42,058 nucleotides of DNA from Polyangiaceae bacterium. Lineage in GTDB: Bacteria; Myxococcota_A; Polyangia; Polyangiales; Polyangiaceae. The notes beneath the pieces were generated by a model. The model made no database searches, was not told where the DNA came from, and worked only from the letters and a program-made list of their open reading frames with translations. The translations under genes were made by a program, and so were the position numbers. The number at the start of each line of letters is the position of its first letter. Positions within the stretch are counted from its first letter, which is position 1. This document shows positions 35,666 through 42,058 of the stretch, in pieces. The stretch lies in assembly GCA_050012715.1 (NCBI GenBank), contig JBEKGQ010000004.1, forward strand, positions 1 to 42,058, read 5' to 3'.

Positions 35666-36153
35666 CCGGCCACCCCCGCGGTCCGATCGCCGAGGTTCTC
35701 GTCCGGGACGAGGCGTGCCGCGCGCAGGACGACGAGCAGCTCGGAGTCGAGCGTGCCGATGGCCGCGACGGCATCCGACGCCGCGCAGCGCAGCAGCGGG
35801 GGCAACTCGCGTCGCGCACCCTCGGGCAACGTGCGGACGCCCACGACGGCGTCCACCACGAGCGCGACCGCACGGTCCGCCACGCGCACGGTGACGAAGC
35901 GTCGCCCGGCCTCGGCCGGAGGAGCACTGCCTCTGGCGTCCGCCGACGCGTCGAGCACCCGCGCGACGTCGACCACCGGGAGGGCGACACCGCGGACGAC
36001 GGCGACGCCCACGACGAACGGCGGACCGCCAGTGACGGCGCTCGTGGGAAGAGGGCGCATCGTCTCGACGACGTGCTCGAGCGGGAGCACGCAGAGCCGA
36101 CCTCCGGCCCGAAACACCAGCGACGAGCCGGCCGGTTCGTCGATTCTATCCAT
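35662..36153 (-). CDS. cheW: CheW-like coupling protein (first gene of the chemosensory operon)
   Basis: SLVFRAGGRLCVLPLEHVVETMRPLP...PPFVVGVAVVRGVALPVVDVARVL...VALVVDAVVGVRTL. The stop overlaps the cheR start by 4 nt. I prefer ATG at 36153; the track start at 36207 is a TTG with no SD. Confidence 0.75.
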   Translation of the reverse strand: MDRIDEPAGSSLVFRAGGRLCVLPLEHVVETMRPLPTSAVTGGPPFVVGVAVVRGVALPVVDVARVLDASADARGSAPPAEAGRRFVTVRVADRAVALVVDAVVGVRTLPEGARRELPPLLRCAASDAVAAIGTLDSELLVVLRAARLVPDENLGDRTAGVAG

Positions 36154-36339
36154 ACTCCCCGCGCCCGGAAGGATGCGGTCGCAATCGCCTTCTTGCCAAT
36201 AGTCCAAAAGGAGTAGCGCTTTTGATCAGGTTCCGTCCCGAGCGAGGTCGAGCGAGCGAGCGAGGTAGGGAGCTCGTCCGTATCGCTGGCACGGCGACTT
36301 CAACGGTTGCCTCGACTATCCCCGCCGGTATATTTTTGA

Positions 36340-37568
36340 ATGCACGTCGGGGGAGAAGGGGCGGGACCCGCCTTGAGCCTGGAACACGTCGAGAGAAGCG
36401 TGGGCACCGTCGTCGCGCAGAACCGCGCCCGCGTGCTCGTGGTCGACGACGAGGACGCGCTCCGTCGCTCGATGCAGCGAATCCTGGAGCGCGCGGGGTA
36501 CGAGGTCGTCACCGCCGCCAACGGGCGCGAAGCACAGCGCTGGCTCGAGGATCCAGCCACGCTCGACGCCATCGTCAGCGACGTCCGGATGCCCGAGATG
36601 AACGGGCTCGAGCTGCTGCGCGCGGTGCGCAGCCGCGACTTCGATCTTCCCGTGCTGCTCGTGACGGCCGCGCCGGACATCGCGAGCGCGATCGAGGCGA
36701 TCGACTTCGGCGCGTACAAGTACATCCCCAAGCCCGTCGACCCGGACGGGATATGCGAGAGCGTCCAACGGGCGGTCGCGCTCCGACGGATGGCGCGATT
36801 GAAACGAGAGGGCCTCGCCCTGCTGGGGCAGTCCAGCGACCAGGCGGCGGACCGCGCCGGTCTCGAGGCGAGCTTCGGCGGGGCGCTTCGCACCCTGTGG
36901 ATGGCCTTTCAGCCCATCGTCCACGCCGCCGACGGCCGGGTGTTCGGCTACGAGGCGCTCCTTCGCGCGAACGAGCCCAAGTTGCCGCACCCCGGCGCCA
37001 TCCTCGACGCGGCCGAACGGCTGGACCGGCTCCCCGAGCTGGGACGGGCGGTGCGAGCGGCCGCCGCGGGGCCGATGGCGCGGGCCGAAGGTGCTGCGCT
37101 CTTCGTCAATCTGCACCCGCGCGATCTGACCGACGAGACGCTCTTCTCGGCGGCATCGCCGCTCGCGAAGATCGCGTCGAGCGTCGTCCTCGAGATCACC
37201 GAGCGCGCCTCCCTCGACGAGGTCTCCGACGTGCGCGACCGCGTGGCGCGGCTGCGCCAGATGGGGTTCCGGCTGGCAGTCGACGATCTGGGAGCCGGCT
37301 ACGCCGGACTGACCAGCTTCGCGACGCTCGAGCCGGAGGTGATCAAGCTCGACATGGCGCTCGTTCGGGACGTCGACTCCAATCCGGTCAAGCGGAGAGT
37401 GGTCGAGAAGATGACGACCCTCGCCCACGACCTCGGGGTGCTCGTGGTGGCCGAGGGGGTCGAGACGATGGCCGAGCGCCGCGAGCTCGCGTCGCTCGGG
37501 TGCGACCTCTTGCAGGGATACCTGCTCGCGAAGCCGGGGAAGCCCTTCCCCGCCGTGTCCTGGCCCGC

Positions 37569-37572
<4 letters not shown>
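36340..37572 (+). CDS. Response regulator c-di-GMP phosphodiesterase (REC-EAL)
   Basis: REC: VLVVDDEDALRR...AIVSDVRMPEMNG...LLVTA...IPKP. EAL domain with a complete catalytic set: YEALLR, FVNLHP, LEITER, AVDDLGAGY, IKLD, AEGVET, LQGY. An alternative GTG start at 36400 has a better SD (GAGAGAAG). Confidence 0.9.
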
Positions 37573-39509
<1,937 letters not shown>

Positions 39510-39589
39510 CCTGGCGGACGCTTCTGCCTGAGCCAGCCTCCGAGCGGAAGCAACATGAGAGTCGCAGTTCGCAGACTGCCAAGAGCGTT

Positions 39590-39940
39590 TCAGCCCGGCG
39601 CCGTCCCGAAGAGGCCTTGCCGGACGAGCGCCCGTACGAGCTCCACCGTGGCGGCGCTGGCGGTTGCTCTCGCGACGGCGCGCAGCGTGCGGGAGGAGAG
39701 AACGACGCCGAGGCCCATTCCCACGACTCCGGCGGCGCCGAGCATGGCGTAGGGGTGGCGCGTCATCTGGTCATCGAGCCCCGACAAGAGCCCGGTCGCG
39801 AAGGCCATCGTACGATGGACGTAGTCGCGCGCGGCATGCGCCTGCTCCTTCGGAGCCGCGCCCTCGCTACCATTCGCGCGCCGGGCGCTCGGATCGTTTG
39901 GATTGTGGTTCGAGGTCGCCCCGTCCTGCTCGATGCTCAT
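39590..39940 (-). CDS. Small membrane-anchored hypothetical protein (116 aa)
   Basis: The ATG overlaps the P450 stop (ATGA). Polar N-terminus, then hydrophobic PYAMLGAAGVVGMGLGVVL. Moderate GC3 bias. The 601-aa track ORF is an extension antisense-framed over the P450 gene. Confidence 0.5.
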   Translation of the reverse strand: MSIEQDGATSNHNPNDPSARRANGSEGAAPKEQAHAARDYVHRTMAFATGLLSGLDDQMTRHPYAMLGAAGVVGMGLGVVLSSRTLRAVARATASAATVELVRALVRQGLFGTAPG

Positions 39941-41370
39941 GACCGACTCTGAGCAATCGGCGTGCCCGCGGCTCGGCGGTGATCCCCCGACGCCGTCGTT
40001 CGCTCCGGAGCCATGCGCGCTTCGAGCACCACCTCGACGCCGCCGGTCGGCACGAGCGTAAAGCCGCGGAGCTTCACCGGGGCTGCCCCGGGATGGTGCT
40101 TGTGGAGGCGCGCGCTCGACAGCACCGACGCGAGGACCACCTTGAGCTCGTGGAGCGAGAACGTCATTCCGAGGCAGCGCCGGGCGCCGCCCCCGAACGG
40201 GTACCATGCGTACGGATCGGGCTTCACGCCGACGAACCGCTCCGGCTTGAACGCCTCCGGCTCCGGGTACACCGAGGCCAGGCGATGGGTGAGGAACGAC
40301 ACCGGCACGACGAGCTCCCCGGCCGGGATCTCGTAGCGACCGAGCCTCATCGGCTCCCTGAGGCGGCGCCCGACGGCGGGCACGACGGGGCGGAGGCGCA
40401 GCACCTCCTTGATGACCGCGTCGAGGTAGGGCAGCTTCACGACCGTCGCGAGGTCGAGGTCCCCTCCGCTGCGCGCGTCGGCGAGCTCGCGGCGCACCTT
40501 CGCGAGCTCGCGCTCGTCGCCGAGCAGGAAGTCCATCGCCCAGCAGAGCATCGTCGCGGTCGTCTCGTGACCCGCGACCAGCAGCGTCACGAGCTCGTCG
40601 CGCAGCTCGGCGTCGGTCATCGGCTCGCCCGCCTCGTCGCGCGCGTCGAGAAGCATCGCGAGTACGTCGGTCCCAGGAGCGCCGTCCCGGTCCCGCTCGG
40701 CCCGGCGCCGCGCGATCTGCCGGTAGATGAGCGCGTCGGCGTCGTCGCGGTCGCGGAGGAAGCCATCCCACGGCGTGAGGCCCCGGAACGACTTCCGGAG
40801 CGGCGGGAGCGTGAAGAGCGAGTCGATGGGCCGCGACTGGCGGTCGAGCACGCGCGTCAGCGCGTCGCGCAGGTCGTCGAGCTGGCTGCCCTCGTCGACC
40901 CCGAACACGGTACGCAGGATCACCTCTAGCGTGATGCGCTGCATGTGCGGGTGGAGCGCGAACGGGGCGCCCGCACGCCACGTCTCGACCGCGCGGGCGG
41001 CGACCTCCTGCATCGTGCGCGCCCACGCCATGACGCGCTCCCCGTGGAACGGCGGCATGAGGAGCTTGCGCTGGCGGACGTGCTCCGGCCCGTCGAGGAG
41101 CAGCACCGACCGCGCCCCGAGGAGGGGCCGCAGGATGTCGTTCGCCTCTCCCGCCCGCAGCACGTCCGGATCGCCGGTGAACACCTGGCGCACGAGATCC
41201 GGGTGGACGATCTCGATCTCGCGGCCGATGAGGTACGTGTTCACCGTGAAACAGTCGCCGTACCGGCGGTGGCACGCATCGAGGAACTCGACGGGGCGCG
41301 CGAGGAAGAGGACCGTCTGCGCCAGCGCGGGCAGCGGGGGACCAGGGGGCAGACGCATGGTGTCCATCAC
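39937..41370 (-). CDS. Cytochrome P450 monooxygenase
   Basis: N-terminal PPGPPLP. I-helix LLVAGHETTATML. ExxR EVLRLRP. Heme loop FGGGARRCLGMTFSLHE. Confidence 0.9.
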   Translation of the reverse strand: MMDTMRLPPGPPLPALAQTVLFLARPVEFLDACHRRYGDCFTVNTYLIGREIEIVHPDLVRQVFTGDPDVLRAGEANDILRPLLGARSVLLLDGPEHVRQRKLLMPPFHGERVMAWARTMQEVAARAVETWRAGAPFALHPHMQRITLEVILRTVFGVDEGSQLDDLRDALTRVLDRQSRPIDSLFTLPPLRKSFRGLTPWDGFLRDRDDADALIYRQIARRRAERDRDGAPGTDVLAMLLDARDEAGEPMTDAELRDELVTLLVAGHETTATMLCWAMDFLLGDERELAKVRRELADARSGGDLDLATVVKLPYLDAVIKEVLRLRPVVPAVGRRLREPMRLGRYEIPAGELVVPVSFLTHRLASVYPEPEAFKPERFVGVKPDPYAWYPFGGGARRCLGMTFSLHELKVVLASVLSSARLHKHHPGAAPVKLRGFTLVPTGGVEVVLEARMAPERTTASGDHRRAAGTPIAQSRS

Positions 41371-41420
41371 ATGGGGCCGGAGGGGCCGCGGTCAAGACGC
41401 GCAGGCGTCTCGCGTTGTTC

Positions 41421-42047
41421 CTACGAGGTGCCGGCCGGGTGCGCTCCGCGCCGAACGGGCGGGTAGAGCAGGCGCGTCACGACGCTCTTGCCGCTCGGAA
41501 GCACGCCGGCCTCGCGCGGATCCGGGATGCGAAGCCTCGCCCGCACCGACGCCAGCGGCTCCTCGAACCACGACTCGACGGGCGCCGCCATCACGAGCTG
41601 CGCTGCACGCCCCATCGCGAGGCCGACGCGGACGTTGTTCCCGATGGCCCGAGCCTGCGTCGGCGAGGCCATCGAGTACACGATGCGCGCGACGCCGAGC
41701 ATCGCCCGGCTCACGGGGGCCGCGCCCTGGCCCACGTTGAAAGCGAGCACCCCCGCCTCTCCCGCCAGCCCGGTGTCGAAGCCCGCGAGGACGTGATGAA
41801 GGTCGTGCGTCGTCGTGTAGCGGAGCGCGTAGGGCTCGTGCGCGAAGCGCGCGCGCACGCCGGGGCTGACCACGAGCGGCGTGATGCCGTTCGCGTCGAG
41901 GAAGCGCGCGTACTCGCCGCCGAGCGTGCCGTCCGGGAGCGCGCGGAGGAGCGCGACGTCGTGCGCCGGCGCGTAGCCCTGGACGGCCTCGAGCTTCTTC
42001 GCGATGCGCGGCGGCGCCGCCGCGAGCGCGTCGAGCTTGAGCACCAC
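41421..42047 (-). CDS. Coq4-family protein (ubiquinone-biosynthesis Coq4-like); the 5' end is at GTG 42047 or beyond the window edge
   Basis: The intact Coq4 zinc-ligand motif HDxxH-x11-E is read as HDLHHVLAGFDTGLAGE. Upstream LPDGTLGGEYARFL fits the family N-terminal region. The frame stays open to the window end. Confidence 0.7.
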   Translation of the reverse strand: MVLKLDALAAAPPRIAKKLEAVQGYAPAHDVALLRALPDGTLGGEYARFLDANGITPLVVSPGVRARFAHEPYALRYTTTHDLHHVLAGFDTGLAGEAGVLAFNVGQGAAPVSRAMLGVARIVYSMASPTQARAIGNNVRVGLAMGRAAQLVMAAPVESWFEEPLASVRARLRIPDPREAGVLPSGKSVVTRLLYPPVRRGAHPAGTS

Positions 42048-42058
42048 GACGTCGCCGA

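Noticed and set aside
36287-36310. TGGCAC ... TTGC in the che/REC-EAL divergent region as a sigma-54 promoter
   Set aside because: The two elements are ~21 nt apart instead of the required ~10-nt GG-to-GC spacing, and the sequence at the correct -12 position (CTTCA) lacks the GC dinucleotide.
39903-39925. GGTTCGAGG string resembling a tRNA T-loop
   Set aside because: It lies inside a coding region, with no acceptor or anticodon stems around it. No intergenic gap in the window shows tRNA-like structure.

Overview
The window is very GC-rich (by eye roughly 70%, not computed) and densely coded. It looks like chromosomal DNA from a myxobacterium-like (Sorangiineae-type) deltaproteobacterium; that assignment is inferred from gene content: many Gly/Ser/Asp-linker lipoproteins, a Hanks-type kinase, an FHA-domain sigma-54 activator and multiple chemosensory genes. 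I call about 43 protein-coding genes. I found no rRNA, tRNA, CRISPR array, transposase or integrase. Most very long ORFs in the six-frame track are Arg/Pro/Ala-rich antisense or alternate-frame artefacts of the GC content. Several track ORFs are real genes with spurious N-terminal extensions, so I trimmed them to the first start codon consistent with domain boundaries and neighbouring stop codons. Left to right the window holds: a Ddl-family fragment; a large CxxCH/Cys-rich lipoprotein; a 21/42-bp tandem-repeat array in a convergent gap; a membrane Ser/Thr kinase head-to-head with an FGE-domain lipoprotein; an FHA-sigma54 activator followed by a 25-bp perfect palindrome, a -24/-12-like element and a two-gene secreted-protein unit; an OmpA/TSP3 plus secreted HEAT pair; xseB; and a long minus-strand envelope array (SlyD, DUF1844, HtrA, ECF sigma, anti-sigma, two exported proteins). 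These are followed by a domain-permuted aconitase-family enzyme, a glycosyltransferase and several orphan lipoproteins. The most system-like region is 27.1-39.5 kb. It holds a translationally coupled 7-gene Wsp/Frz-like chemosensory operon (CheW-CheR/TPR-CheW-CHASE3 MCP-CheA/REC-CheB) whose last gene is a sensorless REC-REC-REC-histidine kinase. That operon is divergently paired with a REC-EAL c-di-GMP phosphodiesterase and a REC-PAS-HK-REC hybrid kinase. The window ends with a P450, a small membrane protein and a Coq4-family gene. All functional calls rest on motifs read in the translations. No database search was run.
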